From Azolla caroliniana (lineage: Eukaryota > Plantae > Polypodiophyta): a stretch of 64,000 nucleotides of DNA. The translations under genes and the position numbers were made by a program. The stretch is from the NCBI GenBank assembly GCA_043228905.1, contig JBHGNT010000013.1, forward strand, positions 16,368,001-16,432,000, read 5' to 3'. The notes under the pieces are model-generated. The model was not told where the DNA came from. It worked only from the letters and a program-made list of their open reading frames with translations, and searched no databases. This document shows, piece by piece, positions 51,801-64,000 of this stretch (its first letter is position 1; the number at the start of each line of letters is the position of its first letter).

Positions 51801-54351
51801 GACTCAGTCGCTCATTCGGTCCACTCAACCATAACGATTCCGGACTCACATCTTGAGTACCGGCTTCATCATCCTCTGCCAGGGCTGATTCAGGCTCACT
51901 GGCCTGATCTTCCGACATTGGGTCGGGATCAGAAGTCGTAGTCGGTACGGAGTACTAGGATGCCGATTCATCGAACTCAACATCCCGGCTAACTCGGACT
52001 TCCTTCGTCCGGGGGTTATAGCACTTATACCCCTTTTGCTCTTGAGCATAGCCGACTAGGATGCATTTTTCTGATTTTGCATCCAGCTTTCTCCGCTTCT
52101 GATCCGGCACATGCACATACGCTATGCTGCCGAATATCCAAAGGTGTCTTAAGTTCGGCTTGCGCCCGAAATACAGCTCATGAGCTAACACCTTGTCACT
52201 AATGCGGTTTTGTATGTAGACGGCCGTCTGGACCGCCTCCGCCCAGTAGAACCGAGGCATGCTCTTCTCCTCTAGCATTGCCCTTGCCGCTTCGACGAGT
52301 GTCCGGTTCTTCCTTTCGGCCACACCGTTTTGCTCCGGTGTGTATCTGCAGCTGAACTCTCGCCGAATTCCCTTCTGCTGCAGATAACTAGTGAATTGGC
52401 CGGAAAAATATTCCTTTTCGCCATCCGACCGAAGGCATTTGATCTTCCTCTCCGATTCCCGTTCCACCATCTTCTGGAGGCTCCGGAAACAGTCGAAGAC
52501 TTCGCTCTTCCGCTCAATGAGGTAGATCCAAGTATGTCGAGTATAGTCGTCGATGAAGGAGACGAAGTATCGGCTCCCGCCAAGGCTTACACTTTGTGCC
52601 GGTCCCCACACATCCAAATGGATGAGATCGAGCTTGTTACGGCTCTGGTTCCGTTCGGTGGGGAATGGAAGCCGGTGTTGCTTCCCAAGTTGGCAGGCTT
52701 CACAAATTACGGCTCTCCGGCTGCTGAACTTCGGCAAACCGAAAACGACTTGTTTCGTTTGCAGGTCTTGAAGCCTCCGGTAGTTGACGTGGCCTATCCG
52801 CTTGTGCCACAGGTCGATGTCCGACTCGACCTTTTGTCGTTTCGCAAACAGAGTGGTGCCAAAGTCATTGGTGTTGAGGATAAACATCCTCTCGTCTCTG
52901 CGCCCTTGCGCAATAACTTCGCCCTCATCCTCAATGAAGCACCCGAGGTGCGTAAACTGCACCTGCATCCCCTGGTCGACAATCTGACCGATGGACACCA
53001 GGTTCTTCGTGATTGTCGGAACGTGTAATACGTTCATCAGCTTCCCTTTCTGTCCGACGTGGCTTAGAGGGACTTCTCCGATGTGCACGATTCGGTGAGG
53101 AGTGTCGTCTCCGGTTTCGACTACTCCTGGTTGATCCGGTTTCTCCAGAAAGGAGAACCACTCTTTGTGGCTCGTCATGTGGTTCGACGCGCCGGAATCA
53201 CAATACCACACTTCCTCCGTTTTGGAAGTGGTCTTCTTCATTGAGTTTGCCTTGTGATTCATCACCAAGGCTGGCCCCTTCCGGCCTTTCCGGTTCCGAA
53301 TCCTCTTGATCCGTTTGCGTAGTGCGAGTTTTGCCGGCCATCCTTACCGGTCTTGGCGGATCCGGATTTGTCCGAATCGGCACGCTTTCTCCAGCACTCG
53401 CTTTCCCTGTGGCCTTTTTTGCCACAGTACCAGCATTCCGTAGCGGATTTGTCTTGCCGGCCTCCGGCACTGCCTTGACTCCCCATGCTTGTGGAAGTCC
53501 CGGAACTGCTGTCGGCACGCTCATAGTGCCTCCGTTCCTGCTCTTGCCGGCCGCCTCCATTGCGTGCCGACTCACCTCTTCCACCACGCCCACGGAGCCG
53601 ATCCGTTCCCGTGTACAACATTTGGCTGTCCGGGGATGCACTGTTAGATGCACCTGCGTGGTTCTCCTCTACAAGGAGCATCGACTGTAAATCGAAGAAT
53701 GAGGGGGTATTCTCCCTTGTACACACCGCAGTCCGGAACGCTCCGAACTTGGACGTCAGGCCTCCGAGACATACCTGCACCATCTCCTTTACGGTGACAT
53801 TGATAGAGGCGAGCGAGTCGCAGATCTCCTTTATCCGGCCCGTGTAGTCTGCCACAGACATGTTCTTCTGTCGAACATTGCTCAACTCCTATCTGAGTTG
53901 CAGCTTCCGGGCAGTGGTGCTTGCGGCGAAAACCTTTTTCAGGTTCCCCCAAGCATCCTTCAGTGTCTTGGCGTCACGGATGTGGCTAAGCAGCTGATCG
54001 TCGACACTGGACGCGAAGCAGTACATCACCCTACTTGCCGCCTGTTCCCATACCGGGAAGTCCTTGTGTGCCGAGTCTGGCGCCGCATCATTCGCTCCTT
54101 CGACATAACTCCAGTACCCGTGTCCAAGCAGGTACTGGTGCATCTTGTAAGACTAGGATGCGTAGTTGCTCCTGTCGAGCTTCTCCACCGGGAGCGACGT
54201 AGCCATGCCTCTATCCATGTCCTCTACTGTGTCTGTTTTCGACCTGTTAGGGTTTTCTTCTCAAGAGTAAATGTCTGCAGCAGAGGTTCTCAACCCTCGC
54301 GCTCTGATACCATGTAAACGTAAGTGTTTGCGGAAGCGTAAAACAGAGAAC

Positions 54352-54395
<44 letters not shown>

Positions 54396-54733
54396 CAGAG
54401 AGAGCAGAACACAATTTCAAAATTATATCGAGACTCTGTACACACACTGTGCTAAGTAGCACTATTTATACAAGTCCTCTTGGGACTGTCAGAAGTACCA
54501 TGTACTTCAATGCTCACACGAGCATCTGACACTTACTATGAGACTATAGCTACCTAGTAGTCTATCCTTTACTAGGCTTCGGATTGGACTTTCGGTTACG
54601 GATTGCACCCGGCCTCCACTGCTTGCTGGTTCGGTTGCTCACCGTAATACCGATCCGTTTCGCCCGATCCGTCTCGCTTACCGGCTCCGGCTTATTCAGC
54701 CGATCCGGCTCTAGTTGAGCTTGCCGCTCAACA
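48807..54733 (-). mobile_element. Full-length Ty1/Copia element 2 (same family as Copia 1, younger)
   Basis: LTRs 48807-49191 and 54313-54733 (about 9 substitutions by eye plus indels); TSD ATACA; PBS 54301-54312; PPT 49192-49205. Confidence 0.97.
49186..54219 (-). pseudogene. Copia 2 gag-pol, interrupted by several stops
   Basis: CWYCGKKGHRESEC; WYCDSGASNHM; integrase core; QMDVKNAFL; LLYVDDLVI; GYTDADW; TKHIEVHYHFVRE. Confidence 0.95.
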
Positions 54734-55012
54734 ATACATTAGGTACATTATTCAATATGTGTGTGTTGCAGGAAGAGAAAGATATTTCTACCTTCCTAGC
54801 TACTTGGGAGGAAGCCATGGACGATGCTATTAACGTTGGCAACCTCGTCCCAAAAGATATAAAGATACGCTTAATACTAAACAAACTTGCTGAATCTTGG
54901 GGAACATTCACTACCATGAACAACAACATTAAATCACTTCTAGAGTTACAGTTTGTAAAGAATCACGAGATGGATTCTGTGCAGCGGAATAGATATGAAC
55001 TGTGTGTGTGTA

Positions 55013-56816
55013 AGAGATAGATAGATAGATAGATAGATAGATTATATTATCGTCTTCGGAGATCAAATATGACCTATGAGACCAAAAATATTACATTTCA
55101 CGTGATACGTGTGAAAGTGAGTAGTGACTCTCGATGTTCAAGAACTTTACCAATGAATGTTGCAATCGAGAGTGCACATTGTGGTTGTGAGAGGAATTCA
55201 TGCAAAGATTGGGCTCGATCGAAGAGATGTGGAAAGCATGGTCGAATATGATCAAAGGCAGAGCATTGTATCAAAGTGTGATACTCAGACTCGCGAACTT
55301 GTTTAGGGCAAAGTGTGCATAGCCGACCACTCTCATCACTTGTACCCCAACGCCCTGTTTCACATCGCAATGCATGTGAGCTAAGTCGCATGGAAGCAAT
55401 GGTTCGAATGGCAGATAACGGTATGGGCTCTAACATGTATGGATGTGTACGATTTCCCCGTTCCGCAAACAATATGGTTTTGTAGTTAGGTGCAACATGT
55501 GTAGTATAATGTGTGAAGCGTGAGCCTCCACATTTGTCCCATGTCATGATACATTGGCGTTGCAAAAATGCCTCATTTACAGAGGAATCTAATGATGCAT
55601 CATGAAGCAAGTGTCTCGCATCCCATCTACCAAACCATTTTTCTATATCTTGCATCCAACCGGAACACAAAATTTTGCTTTTATGCGTCTTTTGGATCTT
55701 TTTGCTTGCTTCCCACGCAATTCTAGGAAGTCGATGTGAGGGACTTTTTTGAACCTTAAGCATGTATTCAACAACCCTTTCCATGGCCATGATCTCAATG
55801 GGAAGCGATCCCGTCTCAAGGAGGAGCAGGGTGTAGGGCGTTTGTTTCTTAACTTGTAGAAACTTGGTAAGAAAATGCTTTTGGACATTTTCAAACTCTT
55901 TCCACATAGACTTAGGGATGCTACCGCCCCATACTTCCACCCCATAGAGAAGAACTGGTGTCACCAAAGTGTCAAAAAGATATTTCTTGAGGACCCAACA
56001 CTTAATATCTCCAAGATTGCATGTGTTCTCAAATGCATAGTATGCTCGTTTGCCCGCCTCTAAGCGGCGTGTAGCACATTCATTCCATCTATGATTTGAA
56101 GGAACTTCAAGGCCAAGATATTTGAAGCTTTCCACACATTCAAGTGGCTCATTGTTGTACATAATGCATGGTTTATCTCTTTTTTGGCTCTTCACAAGCA
56201 TAATCTTTGTTTTAGAGCTATTGACACTTAATTTAGTATGCATGCAAAATTTTTCCAATGCCTTCATAAGCTTTTGTGCATCTCCTAAAGTATTTGCAAA
56301 AAGCACTACGTCATCTGCATATAGCAAAAGCATAATCACAACATTCCCAATGGCAACTTCTTCAACACATTCTTCCTTTGCAAACTTGGTAACCATTTCT
56401 TCCAATTCATCAATGCATAGACCAAATAGTGTTGGTGAGAGTGGGCATCCTTGCTTAACACCAATAGTGCTTTTGAAAAAATCTGAAAGTTTATCTTTCA
56501 TGCGCACACAACATATAACCTTCTCATAAATTCGGGAAATTGCAAGCATATATTCACTTGGCACCTCAAGTTCTTCCATTCGCCTCCAAAGATGCTCACG
56601 AGGTACCATATCAAAAGCTTTCTTGAAGTCTACAAAGCAACAATATAAACCTTTACCTCTAAGGCGACTTTCCTCCATTAATACTCGAAGGGTGATAAGG
56701 TGATCAATGGTGCTATGGTGTTTCCGAAAGCCAGCTTGTCCATAAGCTCTCTTACCACTTTTTTCAGCCCATACACTTATCTTTGATTCCATTATACATC
56801 CAAATAGTTTTGCCAT

Positions 56817-56820
<4 letters not shown>
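55013..56820 (-). mobile_element. 5'-truncated LINE (RT and C-terminal Zn motif) inserted in the (GA)n tract of the Copia 3 LTR; (CTAT)n tail
   Basis: Open frame 55098 to about 56815: QAGFR, FVDFKKAFD, GVKQGCPLSPTLF, LLYADD, KYLG, CTLC..ESEYH..C. Confidence 0.93.
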
Positions 56821-56866
<46 letters not shown>

Positions 56867-57431
56867 GAGTGAGTGAGTGAGAGTGAGAGAGAGAGATAAG
56901 GAGTAAGACACAGAGAATACGCAAGGTAAAGTATATTAACAAAGGAGAAAGACTTAACCTTATACAAGGTGGGAGGAGGGTGCTTTATATAGTCATCCTC
57001 TCTCTTCATTAACTACAAGACTCATGCCAGAGCATGGGGAATGTGAAAGCTCATAAATTATGTGTCATAGAATATGATTCTATGACTCATACTAAATGCT
57101 AGAATCCAAAGTGGTGACATAGTAGTGACACTTGACCGTTGGAGTGTTTATTCACTCTCAAGGTGAGTTCACACACTAGACCAAGTTGAGCTTGATTCTC
57201 AACATGCCTCCTCAAGCTCAAGTCGGGTCGGTTTCAGACAGTATCCAAAATATGCTTCGACTCGCGTTCCGAAGTCCGCGTCGACTCGCATTTATGCAGA
57301 GTTACGGAATCCGTGCTCCAGCTTGCATTGTGCGTAGTTGCGAAGTCTATGCTTCGGCTTGCGTCTTTCTTTGTGGCTTTGTGCGGTAGATCGGCTTTTC
57401 GCGACTTCGTGCGCAATTGCGAAATCCACGC

Positions 57432-57817
57432 TGTCGTGAATATTTTCGTCCATAGGCGGAAACCAGGGTGGAAAGGGCAAGTCGGTGGTGTGCAACATGT
57501 GCACACGTATACTAGGAAATGGTGTATAGAAATAAGAGGGGAAATTTTATCCCACATTGTAAGGTCCCTCCCTCCTTGGGCTATAAAAGGAAGGGAGGGG
57601 TCACTTATGAAGGGTTGCCTATTTTTCGTATGAAAGGTATACCACTTAGTCTAGAGTTCTTACCGTTTTAGGGTTAGGGATTCGTTTACGGTTTCCTTAT
57701 TCATCCTCGGTTAGGGTTTTCTCATATTAGTTTTGGTGCGGCCCATGCGGCCACCATTGTTGTAATCATTCGTTCGTTTTAATATAACTTGTTGAGTATC
57801 TTGCCTTGGCTGATCTC
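57432..57817 (+). mobile_element. Truncated TGTCG-type Gypsy LTR inside Copia 3
   Basis: TGTCGTGAATATTTTCGTCCATAGGCGGAAACC resembles the reverse complement of the element B LTR end (5257-5289); TATA CTATAAAAGG at 57581; left flank ACGC. Confidence 0.8.
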
Positions 57818-60800
57818 TCCTTCTATCAGCTTTGTAGTCGGCCCAATCGCGGTCTTGTAGAGGATGCCGCAATCCATTGTGCCGCTCACGTATCGTAGAA
57901 CTCGCTTAGCGCAATCCAAGTGAGTATCACGTGGTGTTTGCATGAATTGGCTAAGGAGACCGACCGGATAACTGAGATCGGGTTGAGTGATCGTGAGGTA
58001 GATGAGATTGAGTCGGCTCACACGCTTTGGTGCCGGAGTTCGCATCTAGTTTGAGATTGCGATCGAGCGGGGTTGTCGTAGATTTGCACTTAGCCATATC
58101 GAACTTGTATAACAAGTTGAGGATGTAGTGCCGTTGAGAGATCATGATTCCGACCGAAGTCCGAATTACCTCGATGCCGAGGAAGTAATGGAGCTCCTTC
58201 ATGTCCGTCATCTCAAACTTGTCGGAAAGGAGGGATTTTACCTTATTGATTTCGATGAGATGCTCACCTCCAATGACTAGGTCATCCACATATAAGATGA
58301 TGACGATCGGACTTGCGGAATCGCTTCGTATGTAAAGGGAGTTATCCGATTTTGACATACGGAAGCCGATTTGATGAAGATATTGCGTTATCTTCGAATG
58401 CCAAGCACGCGGTGCTTGCTTGAGGCTGAAGAGTGGCTTCTTGAGTCAGCATACAGCTTTCGGACGGGTGCTCGAGTTGAAGCCGGGTGGTTGTATCATG
58501 TACACCTCCTCTTCTAATTTGCCTTGTAGAAAGGCGTTCTTTACGTCCATTTGATGAAGGTGCCACCCTTTCGCCGCGACAAGCGCAATTACGGTCCGTA
58601 CCGTTGTCATCTCTGCCACCAGGGTAAAGGTCTCTTCGTAGTCAACTCCGTGCGTTTGTGCGTAGCCTTTCGCTACGAGTCGCGCTTTGTAGCGGTTGAC
58701 GGAACCGTCATTGTTGTACTTTACTTTGTAAATCCATCTGCATCTGATCGCCTTTTTGTGTGGTGAGGTGGGAACGAGATCCCATGTCTCGTTCTTGCAT
58801 AGTGCCTGCATCTCCTTGTTCATGGCTTCGATCCATTGCGGATCCTTGGCTGCTTCGGAAAATGTTTCCGGCTCGCGTACTGTCGCCACCTTCATCATAA
58901 AGGCATAGTGATATGCCATGTAATCGTTGTAGCCGAATCGGTTGACAAGATTCTTTTCATGGGTGGAGCGATGGAGCTTTTCATTTGTAGAGATGAGGGC
59001 TTTCTTAGCTTCGATTGGTACATCGAAGCCGCCAAATTCACTGTCGAGTGAGTGAGTCGACTCATCGTTGTTGAAGCGATCGACTTCGTATTCCGACATT
59101 TTTGCCTTGCCTTTGTCCATCTTCGAGCTGGGTCGTGATGTGCTTTGATCGCTCAAAGGCTCTTGTGGTCCGCTCAGTCGGGTCGTGATCGGACTTTCTT
59201 CGAACATGCGCGTAAGGCGATCTTCATCCTCTATCTCTTGTTCGGCGGATTTCGGGTCGAACGGAGTTGGAGTCAAAGTTGTCTCTGGTGCGTACCAGGA
59301 TGCAGACTCGTCAAAAACGACGTCTCGACTTACTCGAGATTTTCGAGTTGAGGGGTTGTAGCACTTGTACCCCTTTTGCTCCAGTGAGTATCCTACGAGA
59401 ATACATTTCTCTGACTTCGGGTCAAGCTTTTGACGCTTCTCGTTGGGGATGTGCACGTATGCTATCGCGCTGAATATCCGGGTGTGCGATAAGTCCGGCT
59501 TCTTTCCAAAGTATTTTTCGTGCGGAGAGACCTCGTGCACTCCGGATGTTGTGCACCGGTTCATTAGGTAGACGACCGTATTTGCAGCTTCGGCCCAATA
59601 TGACTTGGGCATATGCTTCTCGTTCATCATGGCCCGCACTACTTCGAGGATGTGCCGTTTTTTGCGCTCGGCTACTCCGTTTTGTTGCGAAGTGTGTCAG
59701 CAAGTGAATTCTCGCTGAATTCCTTCCTTTCGGAGATATGCCGTGAAATCGTCCGAGAAGTACTCCTTGCCGCCATCCGATAATATCAGCATCTGCCGAA
59801 TGTAGCCGTCTGCGCCAGTCCCCATACGTCGGAATGGACTATGTCGAGTAGACCTTTGCTCACGTTCCGCTCTTTCGGGAATGGGTGTTGGTGTTGCTTG
59901 CCGAATTGGCACGCTTCGCATACACCTTCAATCTCTTTCTCTTTGAATGTGAAGAGTCTGATGACGACTCCTTTCAATTTCATTGCTTTGATTTTGTTGA
60001 GATTGATGTGGCCGATTCGCTTGTGCCATAGCTCTATGTCGGAGTCTTCTTTCGTGTTTCTTGCGAACATGGCGGATTTCATCTCGTGTGAATCGAGAAT
60101 GAACATCCGGCCCTCTCTTCTTCCGCATGCTATGATTCGGCCCTCTTTTTCGATGAAGCACCCTTCTTGGTCGAATCGTACTTGCATCCCTTGCTTAACC
60201 ATTTGGCCGACCGAGACCAAATTCTTCGTGATGGTGGGAACATGCAAGACATTTTTAATGTATGTTTGCTTACCTCTTTCATCGAACAAAACATTGCCGA
60301 TGTGCCGAATCGGGTGCGTAGTGTCATCTCCAGTTTCGACATAACTGGGTCGCTCCGGCTCTCGAAGTTCGAGAAACCATTCTTTATGAGATGTCATATG
60401 GTTTGAGGCTCCGGAGTCAACAAACCATATGTCCTCCGAATTGAGGGCACTAGTTGAGGTAGAGGCCGACATAAAGTTTGCTCTATGTTTCATCATGAAC
60501 ATTCCGCGACGGTCGGAGTTGTGTGCGTACATTCCGCCACGATCTTCGTAGTCGGAGTTGTGCCCGTACATTCCGCTATAATCTTCGTAGTCGGAATTGT
60601 GCGCGTAATTCATGAGTTGTCGGCTTGTGGAAGCCGATTCGCGCATCTTCTTCGTGGTGGCTGAGCTTTCCGCAATATTCGCATTCGGTTGCGTTTTGAT
60701 GGCTCGGGCCGGAGTGGAAGCTCCTCCTTCTTGCGAAGGTTCCTCGCTGGCTTCCGTTTTGCGGCCGAAATTGGTAGTTGTTGTCGTAGGTCGGACCTCG

Positions 60801-63800
60801 TCCGCCTTGTCCTTGGCCGAATCGGCCTCTCGCTCGTCCGCGTCCTCTTCCTCCGTTTGAGTGCGTGTAGAGCATGTGGCTCTTCCGACTCATTGCTCCT
60901 TGTACGCACGTGGTTTTCTTCGACCAATAGCATTGATTGGAGCTCGAAGGAGGGAGATTTCTCCCTTGCTAGAACGGCGGTTCGCATTGCGCCGAACTGT
61001 GGTGCGAGGCTGCCGAGGCATATTTGCACCATCTCATCATCATCGATACTTACGCTTATTGAGCCGAGTGAGTCGCAAAGCTCCTTGATCTTCAAGGTGT
61101 ATGTTGTGATGGACATGTCTCTTTGTTGAATGTTGTTCAACTCTTGGCGGAGTTGAAGCCTTCTTGCAGTTGTGTTCGCTGCGAAAATCTTTCATAGATT
61201 TTCCCATGCCTCCTTCGGCGTCTTGGCCTCGCGAATGTAGTCGAGTATGTGATCGTGAACACGTGTCGCCAAGCGGAATAGATATGAATTGTAAAGAATC
61301 ACGAGATGGATTCTGTGCAGCGGAATAGATATGAATTGTGTGTGTGTATGAGAGAGAGAGTGAGAGTGAGAGAGACAAGGAGTAAGACACAGAGAATACG
61401 CAAGGTAAAGTATATTAACAAAGGAGAAAGACTTAACCTTATACAAGGTGGGAGGAGGGTGCTTTATATAGTCATCCTCTCTCTTCATTAACTACAAGAC
61501 TCATGCCAGAGCATGGTTACTTCAATCAATAGATTTGAACAATATCAACCAACAAATCGACAAAGACATAAAGCTTGGAAAGGGAAAGCCCTTGAGTCAA
61601 ATAAATCAAGTAACAAGAATGATGGGCAAAGAAGTTATACATATGGAACTCAACAAAGTGGAAGCTTCAAGGTGACATGTAGGTATTGTAAAAAGGATGG
61701 ACACACAAAAAGAGTGTGTCGATTCAAGCAAGGTTATCTAAATAAACCAATCTGGCCACAAGCACACAATATGGAGATCCAAGAAGTTAACGAGCATAAA
61801 CCTGAATACTCTTCGGATAATGGAGAAGGCTAGAATGAAGAAGTATATAACCAAGCATATCCAATCAATATTGAGGGAAGGGGAAAGAAATGAGATCATG
61901 ATACCTGGTTTCTCGATATGGGTCCTACACACCATCTTACATATCGGAGGGATTGGCTAGAGGAGTATCAAGAATTATCAACCCCATTGGGGGTTGTATT
62001 TGGAGACAATGGACAAAAACTAGTAGTGGGAAAAGGTAACATTTGTTTGATAATGGCAAATGATAATCACATAAAAATTGTAAATGTGTATTATGTACCT
62101 CGAGTGGCAAAACACTTACTGTAAGTTGGAAAAGCTACCAACAATGGGTTGACTATTTAATTCACTGAGAACCAGGCCATGATACATCTCCATAAAGGCA
62201 AGAGCAAAGCAATAGTATGTCCAAGGCCATCTATATCATGTGGCAACGAGACAAATAGAAGCATTGCCAATAAAGGTATGTCATAACCATAATCAAGATA
62301 ATGTTTCTTCCACATACCTGTGGCATTGCAGGCTTGGACGCATACATATTCAATCACTACGAGAATGTCAAAAATAGAAATTTGTAAGAGGCCTACCAAC
62401 TATAAGTTTTGGAACCATCAAGTTGTGTGAAGGCTGTCTCAATAGAAAGATGTCACACAAATCATTCTCACCAATTAGCACAAACACTACTGAGCCACTA
62501 CAACTAGTACATTATGATCTATGTGGTCCATTTTCTATTCCATGTATGTTTGGTGCAAAATCTTTCATTACATTCATTGACAACACTACAAGATTCACAA
62601 TAGCCGGTTTCTTGAAGCATAAGGCACAATCATTTTCAACATTTAAAAGCCTTGCAGAAAACCAAACAAATGATACAATCAAAGTCATCTGTAGTGACAA
62701 TGGAGGGGAATTTACTTCAGAAGAGTAGGAAAGGTTTTGCCAACGACATGGGATCCTTCATAAAAAATTAGTACCATACACCTCTTAACAAAATGGGGTT
62801 GCTGAAAGGAAACACCGAACACTTCTTAATGCAACTAAAAGCATTCTAGCAACCAGCAAGATGCACCACCGATTTTGGGAAGATGCAGTGGCAACAATGT
62901 GCAATTTGCAAAATATGACTCCTCACCGTGCTCTGGAAGGAGCTATACCATTCACACTATGGTATGACCAATATCCTGACATGTCACATCTCAAAGTCTT
63001 TGGAGTAGTAGCATATACCTACATACAATCAAAGAACAGGTCAAAGCTAGAGAATCATTGCAGCAAAGGGAGGTTTATTGGATATGGAGATCCCTATGGA
63101 GTAAAAGCCAACAAGATTTATCTCCCTTAGTCAGGTAAAATTGTGTTTAGTAGACTTGTCAATTTTGATGAAGAATATGTGATTTGCGGTCGGGTTAGAT
63201 GATCAGAGACCTCATCCTCGGAGGGCACCTCGTGTGACATCTTTCAACACATGGTAGCCACAAGGGAAAAAGAAATACACTAACACAAGCATGGGCGAAG
63301 AAGTCGACTCAACGTGAGACCTTGAGGAGGAAAAGAAATTTTGTAGAAAGTATGGTGAAGAACCCCAATATACCATCAAGGTACACAATAAAACCCGTCA
63401 ATAAAACCAAGCAAACTCAGTATCATCAGACTCTACAACCAAATGTGCAACATGCATGGGCATCAACGACAAAACCAAGACATACAATAAAAAAAATCAT
63501 CATGGAAACCCTTGACTTGAAGCTGCAACCAGGTCGAAGAAGGAGATCCTTGCCTTGATGAGCTTGGATGACGCGGAAAGGAAGGGGATAGCACAACTCT
63601 AGCACCACTTGAAAGCTGCAACGAAGTCCTCTGCACCATCATCGACCGATGGGGCTGCTGGGAGAAGCAAAGAAGTTGCAAATAACAAGGAACAGATCAA
63701 ACCAACAAAATTAGATAAAAAGGAAGGAGGTAAACTTGATACAATCAGTGGATCATATGGTATATTTAGTAACTCAACAATCCAAAACTACATCAAATCA

Positions 63801-64000
63801 GAAAAAGATGATGATGAACGCTATAACAAAGATGAGACATTACAAAACAATAAAAAAAGGGGCAAGAAAAAGGTAAAACTGTTAAGTGACATCTATGACA
63901 CCACTGAAGACCTCTCAAAGCCCTTCATTGCTGAAGTCGAATCCGACATATCGGCATTTACAACACACATGAAAGACGAAGGAGGGGATCTTGCACTGAT

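Larger units (their letters stand above)
54954..61516 (-). mobile_element. Ty1/Copia element 3, rearranged (RNase H, PBS and part of the 5' LTR deleted)
   Basis: 3' LTR 54954-57204 split by a LINE; partial 5' LTR 61290-61516; PPT 57205-57218; gag/PR/IN/RT ORFs 57818-61270. Confidence 0.9.
48136..64000 (+). mobile_element. Old AT-rich Copia element 4 (outermost host), in pieces at about 48136-48806, 54739-54953 and 61517-64000
   Basis: TTACA plus PBS TGGTATCAGAG at 48376; gag continues across insertions; CRYCKKDGHTKRVC, WFLDMGPTHH, LVHYDLCGP, SDNGGEF; LTR start is approximate. Confidence 0.8.

Noticed and set aside
56815-56942. Signal-peptide-like N-terminus on the 614-aa LINE ORF
   Set aside because: Comes from the Copia 3 LTR and its (CT)n tract fused to a 5'-truncated LINE
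57665-57720. TTAGGG telomere-like words (also AACCCTA near 5005-5022)
   Set aside because: Only isolated telo-box-like motifs within LTRs, not an interstitial telomere array

Overview
Plant nuclear DNA, most likely from a seed-free plant with flagellated sperm such as a fern (inferred from a calcyphosin/axonemal-type EF-hand gene and the retrotransposon types). Two nested retrotransposon blocks (1-26.7 kb and 48-64 kb) flank a gene island (29.8-47.3 kb). The island holds a 10-exon homogentisate solanesyltransferase (HST), a multi-exon calcyphosin-like EF-hand gene and a 3-exon thaumatin-like gene. The most striking signal is a group of Ty3/Gypsy elements with TGTCGYG...YACGACA LTR ends. They use a tRNA-Trp primer site, insert at CG-centred 4-bp targets (ACGC-type at five insertions, CCGT at a sixth), and four of their LTRs carry a tRNA-like A-box/B-box cassette with an invariant 43-nt spacing. 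A second oddity is an LTR preceded by a sense copy of the tRNA-Arg 3' end where a polypurine tract is expected. All calls were made by eye from the sequence and ORF track; no database searches were run.
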